From Octopus vulgaris (Eukaryota): DNA of 64,000 nt. The stretch is taken from the NCBI GenBank assembly GCA_951406725.2, contig OX597821.1, forward strand, positions 112,778,001 through 112,842,000. Reading direction: 5' to 3'. The position numbers were made by a program, and so were the translations under genes. Shown here one piece after another: positions 14,502-27,101 of this stretch. Positions within the stretch are counted from its first letter, which is position 1. Each line of letters begins with the position of its first letter. The notes beneath the pieces were generated by a model. The model ran no database searches and was not told the DNA's origin. It saw only the letters and a program-made list of their open reading frames with translations.

Positions 14502-14580
14502 TAAGTAGTAGTAGTTGGAGGAGTAGGAGGAGGAGGAGGGGGAGGTAGCAGCAGCAGCAGCAGCAGCAGCACCAGTAGCA
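14148..14580. repeat. Trinucleotide low-complexity tract (GTG/GTA/GAG/CAG)
   Basis: Directly visible. Confidence 0.95.
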
Positions 14581-14779
14581 GATAAACATACATGAAGTAA
14601 GTAAGCTAAAAGATGCTCAGTTCACTGGGTGCTCTCAACAATATTTAATCACTGTGATTGTAATGATTAAAGCACAATGATTAAATCACTGTGATTAAGG
14701 TAGGATATTTATTTGTTTAATGATTATCCCTTGGGGCACTGGAGTTCCATTCTCCCCGATTCTTTAATTCACATAAAGC

Positions 14780-14811
<32 letters not shown>

Positions 14812-14906
14812 GATGTACATTTATTTATGTATGTATTTTATATATGAATATATATACATTATGTGTGTATATGGGTATGTATACATATATATATATACAT
14901 ACATAC

Positions 14907-14991
<85 letters not shown>

Positions 14992-15241
14992 CATATATAT
15001 ATATTATACTATATATACGTATATATATGTGTGTGTATGTGTGTGTTAATTAGTGTTATATAAGTATGCTGTTGACAGTGACTTCGAAGTTTCAGCCAGC
15101 TAAGCCAGCTTCGAAGTTACTGTCAGCAACATTCTCGTATGAGAAAAATAAATTTGTATTCTACAAAAGTATGGAGTAACCCATCAGATTAATGTAACAT
15201 TTAAAAAAAAATTCCAACTGAACATAAAAGAATCATTAATT

Positions 15242-16886
15242 TATCAGGCTGAGTAGAAAGCAAACAACGTTTTGAAACATGAAATACATCAAAATATATT
15301 TCAACAATGCAGAAATTTCATTCATCAAAGTACTCGTCGCACTCAATCGGATACCACGACGAGCGTTCCTGTTGATCCGATCAACGGAAAAGCCTGCTCG
15401 TGAAATTAACATGCAAGTGGCTGAGCACTCCACAGACAAATGTACCATTAACGTAGTTCTCGGGGAGATTCAGCGTGACACAGAGTGGTATAAGGCTGGC
15501 CCTTTGAAATACAGGTACAACAGAAACAGGAAGAAAGAGTGAGAGAAAGTTGTGGTGAGAAAGTACAGCACGGTTCGCCCCAAGCCCCTGCCGGAGCCTC
15601 GTGGAGCTTTAGGTGTTTTCGCTCAGTAAACACTCACAACGCCCGCTCTGGGAATCGAAACCACGATCCTCCGACCGCGAGTCCGCTGCCCAAACCACTG
15701 GGCCATTGCGCCTCTACTCACTAAAGTAAGTACCATTACATTCAACACATTTTTGTTTATTCTGGTAACATAAAAATCTGGAGTTCTGGAGCTGATGAAC
15801 TCTTCGAACGCACTTTCAGCATCGATTTGATTTTTTAACTCCTTCTCTTACATGAAATCATCAAGGTGCTTGAAAAAGTCGGGAGGTGAAAGGTCTGGGG
15901 AATAAGCTGGGTGGGGAAGAACTTCATAGCCAAGTTCCTTCAACTTCTGGAACGTCATTAGTGAAACGTGTGGTCGAGCATTATCATGAAGAATGACTGG
16001 CCCTCTTCTGTTGACCAGTCTGGGACCGAGGAGTAGCAGTTTTGCGTTCATTTTGGCAATTTCATGACAATATGTTTCTGCAGCAATGGTTTTTCTGGGT
16101 TTTAAGAAGTTATAATGGATGAGCCCAGCAGTACACCACCAAACAGTCACAATAACTTTCTTTTTAAAGAGCTGGGGTTTAGAGAAGGTTTTTGGTACTA
16201 TATCTTGGCCCAACCACTGCGAAGCAGGTTTTTTTTTTTATTGTACAGAATCCACTTTTCATCACAAGTTACAATACGGTCGAGAAATGGATCGGCCTGT
16301 CACGGAGAAGTAGCGACGAGCAAATTTCATATCTGCGCATTTTCTGATTTTCATTCAAATCGTGTGATACACATTTGTCGACCTTTTTCGATTTTACGAT
16401 CACATGCAAATGGTTGCAGGCAGTTTTCTGGCTAACTTGAAGTTCTTTTGCCAGTTCTTGGGTGGTTTTACGTGGATCTTTCTCAATGACGGCCTTTAAT
16501 TGATGATTGATGGGCGTCCACTACACTCACGATGTTCAAGGCTCGGGTCTCCACTGCGAAATCGTTTAAACAATTTTCGAGCTGACCACTCACTGGTCAT
16601 TTCTTCACCAAACCTTTCGCTGATATTGCGAGCAGTTTCAGCTGCTTTACGCTCTTTTCTGAAGTTGAATAGCAAAATTGCTCGAATATCGTGCTTTGAC
16701 AGTTTCATTTCGGATGATTGTAACAACGTTGAAAAAATATCACTGTTAATTCATTGATGCATTTGGGCAAGTCTGCGTCTGCAATTGCAAAAAAAAAATG
16801 GTTTTAAATAAATTCAAAACTCTGCAAAAATCCGGTACAAATTCTTCATGGTTCAAAACGTTGCTTACTTTTTACCCAAACTGATA
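15242..16886 (-). mobile_element. Mariner DNA transposon (DD34D, Hsmar1/cecropia-like), full span but decayed
   Basis: TIRs tatcaggctgagtagaaagcaaacaacgttttgaaacatgaa (15242-15283) and inverted copy at 16845-16886; HTH IRAILLFNFRKERKAAETARNI..SGRPS; catalytic HDNARPH..(34)..YSPDLSPPD; C-terminus KCVECNGTYF; frameshifts. Confidence 0.95.
15338..15713 (-). mobile_element. tRNA-derived SINE (family E) inserted at the mariner stop codon
   Basis: Head ggcgcaatggcccagtggtttgggcagcggactcgcggtcggaggatcgtggtttcgattccc (A and B boxes); degenerate TSD tcatcaaagta/tcactaaagta. Confidence 0.85.
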
Positions 16887-17109
16887 AATATTACCACATA
16901 GCCATTCGCAGGCGTGGTTGCGTGGTAAGAAGCTTGCTTCCGAATGAAATACGATAATGAATTGAAACAAAATTGCAATGACATGATCCGCTAGAAATCC
17001 TCTTTTTCTACATTCTATTAACATCAATCCTCAAAGCCAGTGTTTCTCAAATCAATTTTTACTCGTAGACAATTCAGTTCCTATTTATTTGGATGGCCAC
17101 AATGGCCCA

Positions 17110-17278
17110 GTGTTCATCAGCTCCAAAACTTCAGATTTCTATGTTACCAGAATAAACAAACTTGTAACTCATTGGCAAAAATGTTTTGATTGTAACGGTA
17201 CGTTAATTTCACGAGCAGGCTGTTCTGCTGATCGTATCAACTGGAACGCTCGTCGTCGTAACCGACGGAGTGCCACAA
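17110..17278 (+). mobile_element. Second mariner C-terminal fragment fused to the family D/E SINE tail
   Basis: FISSKTSDFYVTRINKLVTHWQKCFDCNGT followed directly by gttaatttcacgagcaggctg...gtaaccgacggagtgcca. Confidence 0.8.
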
Positions 17279-17752
17279 ATTGGATGGATCCTCGTAACCA
17301 TTCGAGATTTTTATAATCCTATTGTTTTTTTTTAGAAATTGTATTTTAAAAAATAGTTGAAATATTTTTATTGTAGAAATATAACCAAGCTATTCTTTTA
17401 TTTGTTTCAGTCATTTGACTGCGATCATACTGGAGCACCGCCTTTAGTCGAGCAAATCGACCCCAGGACTTATTCCTTGTTAGCCTAGTACTTATTCTAT
17501 CGCTTTTTTTGCCGAACTCTAAGTTACGGGGACGTAAACACACGAACATCGGTTGCCAAGCAATGGTGGTGGGACACACACACATATATACATTTATATA
17601 TTCTATTTTGTATTTTCTCTCACTGTTTATTTCTGTGTTCCTTTCTGTCAAAGTGCGTAGGCTCACTTCCCGAGCGTTAAACTAATACATCTATTTGTTG
17701 TTTACAGATCCGTCTTCGTCTTTAGGGGATTTTTTTTTTGTAAATTCTCACA

Positions 17753-17851
<99 letters not shown>

Positions 17852-17874
17852 TATATACACATATATATATATAT

Positions 17875-17939
<65 letters not shown>

Positions 17940-17940
<1 letters not shown>

Positions 17941-18172
17941 TTAATGCTGAACAATTGAAGTTAATCCAAACAAGAAAGCACAAAAAAAAGCACAACAACG
18001 CGAGGACGTGGAACAAATATAGTATTATTGGACGCTCAGGAAAGAAGGAAAGAAGGAGGGTTTAACGTTTCGAGCGGAGCTCTTCGTCGGAAACATAGGA
18101 GAAGGAAATATCCAGAGAAAGGAAGACAGAGGAAAAAAAATCGTCAACGGTACACACACGGTCACATTTTGA
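17940..18172 (-). mobile_element. Short Penelope-derived element with minimal hammerhead, embedded in (TA)n
   Basis: gttt-CCGACGA-a-gagc(tcc)gctc-GAAAC-GTT-aaac at 18060-18094; shares aacgcgaggacgtgg and acgctcagg with 40140-40322. Confidence 0.7.
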
Positions 18173-18182
18173 AGAATCCCGT

Positions 18183-18218
<36 letters not shown>

Positions 18219-18439
18219 ACGGGGTCCTTTCACAATAACGCGTCTAGCAAATATCACTCATAAGGCTTTGGTCGTCCCGAGGCTATAGTAGAAGACACTT
18301 GCCCAAGGTGCCTCGCAGTAGGACTGAACCCGGGACCATGTGGTTGAGAAGCAAGCTCCTTCTACTTGTGCCTAGTGGTACAACCAATTCGTTGCTCCTA
18401 AACTCTAACAACAAAATTTTATATGGACCGCCACACACG

Positions 18440-18473
<34 letters not shown>

Positions 18474-19085
18474 CACAACCAGGAATCATATGAATCCCGA
18501 TTAAGAACCATTGCTCTAGACACTGCTGTTTCGATTCCTAGACCCTATGGGGCCCTTTTCCTAGTTTCCTCGACATCATGTTCCTCTTGAACGGAACGCC
18601 AATTCGTTGCAGAATCATTCATCTACGGCTGAGTGAACGGAAGCAACGTCAAACGCAGTGTTTTACACAAAAACACAATGCACTACCCACTCTGAGTATC
18701 GAAACTTTGATCTTGCGATAGTGCGCACAGCATCCTAACCACTAAGCCACGCGTTGTCACTTCTGTATTCTATGGTGCTTGCAAATTACAAACGCGGCTG
18801 TTATTTTGCAGAGCTTTTTTCTTACCTATCACCTCCATTGTGGCAACCAAGCTTGTTGCTTTTCTTTTCACTGTGTGGTAGCAGCTGTTTCTGAAATATA
18901 TTGGCGTTGAATATTAGGATAAGTATTGTTTTACACAAAAAGAAGAATGTCATATGTTGTTTTGTTTTTTTTAAATAGTAAAATCAAATAAGGAAAACCA
19001 AGAAACAAAATGCTGTTGTGCTATTTTTATGCTAGAACAGAGATTGAGCAAAAATCATATTTTCTATAATGAAAATGGTTTCCAA

Positions 19086-19695
19086 GGCAGCGAGCTGTGG
19101 CAGAAGCTTAACACGCCGGGCGAAATGCTTGGTGATATTTCGTCTGTTTTTACGTTCTGAGTTCAGTTTCCGCCGAGGTCGACTTTGCATTTAATTCTTT
19201 CGAGGTCGATATATTAAGTAGCGTACTGGGGTCGATCTAATCGACTGGTCCCCTCCCCCAAAATTTTGGGCCATGTGCCTAGAGTAGAAAAGAATATCAT
19301 AAGGCGACGAGCTGGCAGAAACGTTAGCAAGCCGGGCGAAATGCGTAGCCGTATTTCGTCTGCCGTTACGTTCTGAGTTCAAATTCCGTCGAGGTCGACT
19401 TTGCCTTTCATCCTTTCGGGGTCGATAAATTAAGTACCAGTTACGCACTGGGGTCGATGTAATCGACTTGATCCGTTTGTCTGTCCTTATTTGTCCCCTC
19501 TGTGTTTAGTCCCTTGTAGGTAGTAAAGAAATAGGTATTTCGTTTGTCTTTATGTTCTAAGTTCAAATTCCGCCGAGGTCGACTTTGCCTTTCAACCTTT
19601 CGAGTCTATAAATTAAGTACCAGTTGCGTATTGGAGTCGATCTAATCGACTGGCCCCCTCCCCCAAATATTTCGGGTCTTATGCCTAGAGTAGAA
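19086..19695 (+). mobile_element. SINE family B cluster: monomer plus dimer
   Basis: Heads at 19086 and 19303; head-less unit begins at 19534 after aaagaaata. Confidence 0.9.
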
Positions 19696-21857
19696 TGATA
19701 ATGTTTTCCAATTTTGTCATGACCAACAGTTTTAGTGAGAAAGAGTAGATGGATTCCATCGATCCCTGTACTTTAGTTTATAGATCCTGAAAGGCGAAGG
19801 TAAGATTTGAACTCAGATTGCAGATAGCTTGAACAAATGACGTAAAGCTAGTTATCTCGGAGCGCTAACGATTCTGCCTTTGAATTTATAGTAAATTAAG
19901 TAATCTCATCTTCGCCAACCCAACCCCATATTTAAAGGGGTCCTATCTCTTGAGTTGCTCGGGACCCTTCAGCTCCTGATACAGTCATAGAAGTGTTGTT
20001 ATGATGTATGATGGCTTGTGTTGTTGGTATTTAAAACTCTGTGGAGATTATACCATTCCAGACGATCACTTCCAGAGACGGATGAAGCTTGTACCTGAAG
20101 CTTGTACCTGTAATTAATTCCAGAGAGAAGAAAGAGGACGAAAGAAAGCAAGAAAAAATTAAGAAAGGAAGAAAAAAAGTGAGAAAAATTGAAGGAAGAA
20201 AAGAAAGAGATTCAGCTTTTGTGTACTAGACTGCTGCTTTATTTAACGTCCTTGAAGAGGTGAAATGTTGAGTTGAACTCGGTGAGATTTGGGCCCAGAA
20301 CGCTGAAAACCGGAGCGAATATCGCTAGGCAGACTAGCCGACAGTCTAACGATTTTGTCCCTTTGCAGCCTCCATAGATACGAAAAGTGGAATATTTACT
20401 TTTCCTGGTCGAACTGGAATAGAATCACGGAGCAAATTCAATAAACGTCGCTTGTTGGGTTTCGATGGTAACAGATAAGTTAAACTTGAGTCTCTAGCAT
20501 AAAAAACCTAGAAAATTAATACTTTTCTGTGTGCAAATGTAAACTGGAAACTTTATGACCATATATGGTAAATTGCAATAAACCTGAAAATGTTTATTTA
20601 CATATAATGATTAAATGATAAATACTTATAAATGATAATGAAAATACAATAAGTTTATTAAATCATTATTTCATGATTTTCAAGCCTAAATATACATTAT
20701 TGCTTGTTAATTAAACTTGAGTAAATAATAATAATTATTTCTAATAAACAAATAAGAATGAAAAAGATGATTTTATTTAATTCTTATAGCCTAAATATAT
20801 TACACTATATTATACACAGTAGCTTCTTAATTTTAATTATTTCATTAAAGAAATGTGCTTTTGGCGTTGTTTAATTAAAATCTATGAAAAACATTTCTTT
20901 TTCTTTTTTCGAATCCGCTACTGCCTGGAGTCTAATATATCTTTTGGCTGCAGTCATCGAAAACGCATAACAACAGCAGCCTGAGAAACATACTCAAATG
21001 TTATGCTAAACTGTGTCTTTTCCCTTCTGTCCACATTCATTCTATAAACATAGCCCTCGGCAACCTATAATCTCTCCTGTTACGAGGCTACAATGACACG
21101 AAGAATTGCAAGTTATGCAATTATTTCGATCCATCCAGTTTTGTATTTTTTTCCTTCTGCCTTTATATGGTTCGACCAGAGCTGGTAGAGCGGTCAAACT
21201 GTTCTTTTATGACAGGCTTCCAAGAAGGATAATGTAAGAGAAAGATGTTACCCAGAGGGAGAATTCCTTGGTTTCCGCTAAAAGCAACATTTCAGAAATA
21301 ATAATGAAAACTCTCAGCTTATTTTGCTGAGTATGTGGAAAGGGTCAGCTGCCTACAACCAGCAGAGTAAGGTGTCACCTTACTGATCATGCTTCCGTTT
21401 ATCATTGTGAACCTCGATTTCATCAAGGTCAGCCTCGAATTCGGTATCGTCTGCCTCAATTTCGATTACGTTATCGTCAACCTAAATGACATCATGGCTG
21501 CAGCAAATGCATTTATTTATTTTCACTTCATTTTGTTTCATTTACTTCTTTGTTTCCTATTGATAGACAGTGACGTCATTGATTACGTGTCGCAGAATTG
21601 TAAAAGACTGCAAGCATTAGCAAGTTTTTTAAAAGATTACAAGTTTTGTATAAAAAAAAAGGTGTCCCACCTTCGATTACCTAATATCCATACATTTAGT
21701 ACATGAGATGTAAAATTATATACTATATACAGGTGTGTGTGTGTGTGCGCGCGTGTGTGTATACACACACATATATATATATACATGTGTGTTCGTCCCT
21801 TCGTGTATTTCACGTTCTTTATATATGAATTTTTATTCCTATATATATATATATATG

Positions 21858-21902
<45 letters not shown>

Positions 21903-21913
21903 GTATGTATATA

Positions 21914-21966
<53 letters not shown>

Positions 21967-21971
<5 letters not shown>

Positions 21972-22037
21972 TAGATAAACTTAGATATGTTTCGACCAAA
22001 GATTGGTCCAGGCCATGTCTAACTTAATAGCACCACC
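21967..22037 (-). mobile_element. ~70-bp retroposon 3' tail
   Basis: Nearly identical to 60048-60119; ends in tandem atctaagttt. Confidence 0.65.
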
Positions 22038-22086
22038 TGATAGGATTATTCGAATCCTGTTTAAGTGAAGTTTTGTTTATGGTCCA

Positions 22087-22157
<71 letters not shown>

Positions 22158-23787
22158 CAGGCATACCTTGGCTTAAGTCGTTTCGATTTAAGATGTTCTC
22201 GATTATAAATCGGTTTCAAAAGTAATATATGGAAAAATAAAAATCAGGTTAATTCATTTTACTCGACTTTGTGTCTGTCCGCCACAAATATTGCATTCGT
22301 AAAATCACTAGAAAACCGTTAGAAGCACATAAAATCATGTTACTGTACAATAAATAAGAATAAAAGAATATAAAATCATATTAAAATGCGTACAGTAAAT
22401 GTTAAGATACACACCATAAAGTAGTGTAGCTTAGTGAACGAAATCATGAAATCAGCTGTATTGTCTTATTCATTGGTCTTTCAGAGCCCATATTGCACTG
22501 TAGTTCCAATATCTACCGTTAGGCGTCGTTGTCACTCGTGATAACTGCGATTGTATTGAATTCAGATTTGTTTGCGTTTGTTTATCAGCTACTTTCTCAT
22601 TCTCATCCATTTGTGACTTTATTTTTTGCCCCCATGGCTCCTAAGAAAATTCATAGTGAAAGTGCTAAGCGTCATGCTATAACGCTGGAAGATAAACTGG
22701 CTATGATAAAAAGCTATGAAAAATGTGTAAAAAGTGGTAGAAATTGCACGATCTTTTGGGACGAGTCGAACAATTGCATAGAAAACTTTACATAATAAGG
22801 ACAAGATTTTAGCACATATCAAATCTGAAGCCTCAGGAATAAAGAACACTGTCATCAATAAGAAAAGAGGCATTTGAAAAAATGGAAAGTCTTCTTTCTC
22901 TTTGGATTGTTAGGTTGGAGCAGGAGGATTTCACAGATTTATTTTCAAAAGACAAGCAGCCCCTGACAAGCGAGATATTTGATAGACCTTCACGAGCAGC
23001 AAAATAAAAAAAAAGAAGCGGGAGTAGAACCTGAGTCACGTTTCAAAAGACAAGCAACCCCTGAAGAACGAGATATTTGATAGATCTTCACGAGCAGCAA
23101 AATAAAAAAAAGAAGCGGTAGTCGAACCTGAGTCACGTGACTTTGCCATTAAGAAAATGCAGCAAACATTTGCATATATCGAAAAAGGTCTTTCTATGTT
23201 CGAAGATATCGATCCAAATGCTCAACGCTTTTCCAAGATTATCGGAGCTTGTCACGAAACTTTTGCTTCTTATAATGTAATCCTTGAGGAGAAGAAGACA
23301 GTTCAAGGAACTCTCAACCGGTTTTTTTAAGCGCATCGATGTTGACGATCCAGAGCCATCTACATCCGCGATGTAAGCCACCAAATTATATGTACATATT
23401 GGTAAATTCAAAATGATTTAGTTTCCTTTTTACTATTACAAAATAATAATAATAATTACTGAATTTGTTTAAAAACGGCTTTTATTTTACCATGTCTTAT
23501 TGCAAACCGTATTCATGAATAAAGCGTCCACGAAGTTCGGTAAACGCCGACAAAATGTATTCATAAATTTAGATTACTTTTTTTTTACTGTACTGTATTA
23601 AAAAATAAAAAATGATTTGTTTGGTAGCTTAAAATAGGTCTTTATTGACCATGTATTATTGAAAATGCATTCATAAATAAAGTGCAGAACTGGGAATCGT
23701 TATTATCGTTTTAGCCTAGAGACAAGTTAATTCGACCTAAGTCGTGTCTCCTGAACCCAATTAACGACTTAGGGTGAGGTATGCCTA
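22158..23787 (+). mobile_element. Tigger/pogo-family DNA transposon, internally deleted
   Basis: TA-flanked TIRs caggcataccttggcttaagtcgtt / aacgacttagggtgaggtatgccta; N-terminal HTH MAPKK..KRHAITLEDKLAMIKSYE..NKDKIL..EKMESLLSLWI; C-terminal FEDIDPNAQRFSK..YNVILEEKK..QGTLNRFF; DDE core absent. Confidence 0.9.
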
Positions 23788-23977
23788 TACATATACTCTA
23801 TACTACTCTTACTATATTACTTGTTTCAGTCATATACTGCGGCCATGCTGGAGCACCGACTTTAGTCGAGCATATCGACCCACGGACATTCTTTTGTACA
23901 CCCAGTACTTATTTTATCGGTCTTTTTTGCCGAACCGCTAAGTGACGGGGACATACACACATACATACATATATATA

Positions 23978-24134
23978 GGGAGAGTTTACGAAAAAAACAA
24001 AAGACGAAGACAGGTGGTGTACAAAACAAACAGATGTATTAGTATAACACTCAGGAATAGAAAATGTCCTTTACGTTTCGAGCCAACGCACTTCTACAGA
24101 AAGGGACTCAGAAAAAAAACAAGGAGAGAAACAA

Positions 24135-24137
<3 letters not shown>
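23978..24137 (-). mobile_element. Short Penelope-derived element with hammerhead-like motif in (TA)n
   Basis: cttt-CTGTAGA-a-gtgc(gttg)gctc-GAAAC-GTA-aagg at 24068-24103; a related deleted copy lies at ~17600-17755 (+). Confidence 0.65.
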
Positions 24138-24208
<71 letters not shown>

Positions 24209-24236
24209 AATATGACGGGAAAAAGGAGAGAAACAA

Positions 24237-24281
<45 letters not shown>

Positions 24282-24473
24282 GACGGGCAAAAATAAATAT
24301 GAGCTTCATCTTTTATTTGTTATTCACATTTCTTATAAACTCTGTTAACATTCTTTTACGAATATGTTGACAGAGTTAATAAATAAGAGACTGGTGTTAT
24401 TTATTTTCGTCCTCGACGTGTTGTATATGTATATATGAAAGAACACGCAATTTTACATTTAATATATATGTGT

Positions 24474-24505
<32 letters not shown>

Positions 24506-25042
24506 ATACACGATAAAATAAAAAGTGACAAGTTTTATTATACAAAACTTGTAGTCCTTTACAAAATATTTAATGTTTACATACTTGTACAATTCTGTGA
24601 CAAGTAATTACTGATGCCGATGTCTGTCATCGCAGAGAAGAAAACGTTCGTTCCACGGTACAATGACGATATTTAAGTTGACGATGTTGCAGCTTTAATT
24701 AGCTCACAACATTGACTCTGTTCTTACAAAGTTTTTTCTCGTTGCTGACATTAATGCAAATTTTGACAAAGTGATATTAATGCTGCGATGACTTATGGTA
24801 ACTGCTCTGGCTGGAAACAAACTAAAATATAGTTACTGATGTGTTTATGCTAGTGGATATTTTTTTTATGCGTTGCATTGTGAATATACGAATGGTGACC
24901 CTGCTTCGTGTGTTTGGGTGTATGTGCATATGTGTGTGTATGTGTGGGTATTTATTTGTATGTAGGTGTGCATTTATGCGTGTGTGAGTGCATGTAATTA
25001 TATGCGTAAATGTGTGTATATATATGAGTGTGTGTGTGTATT

Positions 25043-25077
<35 letters not shown>

Positions 25078-25180
25078 ATAGTTTAATATATATTCATATA
25101 TACTTTATTTGTACAAGGCACAACCGATGGTTTCGTGTGAAGAGATCTTCACAATTGTTCAAACGTGCCATATATGTGTC

Positions 25181-25212
<32 letters not shown>

Positions 25213-25214
25213 CA

Positions 25215-25278
<64 letters not shown>

Positions 25279-25286
25279 TATATATC

Positions 25287-25354
<68 letters not shown>

Positions 25355-25379
25355 ATTTATATGTATACACACAAATACA

Positions 25380-25489
<110 letters not shown>

Positions 25490-25728
25490 TGCACACATAC
25501 TTCTGAACATGTGGATTATAACAATTAAGATAGGTTTATTGCATCATTTCACTGGATTCGAACTGATAAAAACAGGACCAGCTTCACTAGTTACAATAAC
25601 AACATCAATAGCAACAAAAAACAAAAGAAAAAAAACAAAGTAGACTCTTTCCGGGAACAAGAATTTGTTACTTTATGTTCTTGTACAACATTTTGATTAC
25701 ACATCCTTCCTTCTCTTAAAAGAATCTC

Positions 25729-26148
25729 GGATCTTTTCGGTTTGAACGGCAGTTTTTTCTACCGGTGTCATATGCAATTGTCACCCATAATTATGACCCT
25801 GGTATCGATCTATTGCATTTCAATCTGTTTTAGGGTTAGGGTTAGTTAAGGTTAAGGTTAGGGTTAGGGTTAGGGGTGGGGGGAAGGGTATTTTTTTTTC
25901 TTCACAAATGTAAATAAACCCTATCTGATTCTTAAACGGGGGACATATTCATACGGCACAGAATGTCTTTTTAACCCAATAGACGTCAGTGACTGGTTGA
26001 AATTGCAGAAATTGAAGAAAAAAAAGCAACAAATATCTCACAAACTATAGAATTTTCTCAATAAAGCCAAGAACCAGTATACAAAGTTTAAAATTCTTTA
26101 GTTACCTAGAAATTATGTTAAAAACTGCCGTTCAAACCGAAAGGATCC
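25729..26148. mobile_element. 420-bp MITE, 29-bp TIRs, 8-bp TSD, internal (TTAGGG)-like tract
   Basis: TIR ggatcttttcggtttgaacggcagttttt / aaaaactgccgttcaaaccgaaaggatcc (1 mismatch); TSD agaatctc at 25721-25728 and 26149-26156; TTAGGG-like repeats 25830-25876. Confidence 0.95.
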
Positions 26149-26199
26149 AGAATCTCCTTATTCTGAATAAGTAGAAATTTTACTTCCTGACAACATATA

Positions 26200-26549
26200 C
26201 GCATGGCTCAATGGTTAGCGTGTCGGACTCACAATCATGATGTAGTGAGTTCGATTCCCGGACTAGGCTGTGTGCTGTGTTCTTGAGCAAGCCACTTTAT
26301 TTCGCGTTATTCCAGTTCACTTATTTGTAGAAATGATTCGCAACGTCACTGGTGCCAACTTGTTTGAGCCCCTTTGCCTTTCCATTGGATAACATCGGTG
26401 GCGTGGAGAGGAGAGGCTGGTATGCATGGGCAACTGATGGTCTTCCATGAAACAACCATTCCCCGACTTATGCCTTAGAGGGGAACTTTCTAAGTGCATT
26501 CCCATGGTCATTCATGACCGAAGGGAGTCTTTACCTTTTTATACCCTTA
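26200..26549 (+). mobile_element. tRNA-derived SINE family C
   Basis: A box tggctcaatgg, B box gagttcgattccc; collinear with 60718-61057. Confidence 0.9.
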
Positions 26550-26844
26550 TTAAATGAGCACAAGCGGCATAAAACGCACAAACTAAAATTTGCATTCTTT
26601 GTCTTGGAAAAGGCATGGCGGACATGACTATATAAAATGAATCCCTTATGGATTAATCACACATTTTGTAAGAATGAATAAAACATAGACCTACTCTAAA
26701 CTTTGTTAAGCTGAACGACAACGAAAACCGGTCCCCGTCAGCAAAGTACGCTTTTTCTTCTACTGCAAAATTTATTTCGGCTATAACATGTATTTCAGTA
26801 AATATATTTTCTATACGAAAAGTTTTCGCGAATATATATAATTA

Positions 26845-26924
<80 letters not shown>

Positions 26925-27101
26925 TGTGTATGTCTGTGTATGAGGATAGTAATATTTTGTGTAAAGCTCACCCTGAGAATAAAGAAAAAACACTAATATT
27001 TCTGCGACAAAACTCTTATACGAAAGCATTTGCTATGTGAAAACATTTTTGTTTTTCTCTTTCACATTTATATTTATTTTATAGAAATATTTACCTGCCA
27101 C

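Noticed and set aside
15848-16726. Host SETMAR-like gene
   Set aside because: Flanked by TIRs, frameshifted, and no SET domain; it is a decayed mariner.
20870-20990. Candidate minus-strand terminal exon (CCCYAFSMTAAKRYIRLQ...)
   Set aside because: Short, with no recognisable homology or supporting upstream exon.
25830-25876. Chromosome end or fusion scar
   Set aside because: The TTAGGG tract is short and enclosed within TIRs and a TSD.
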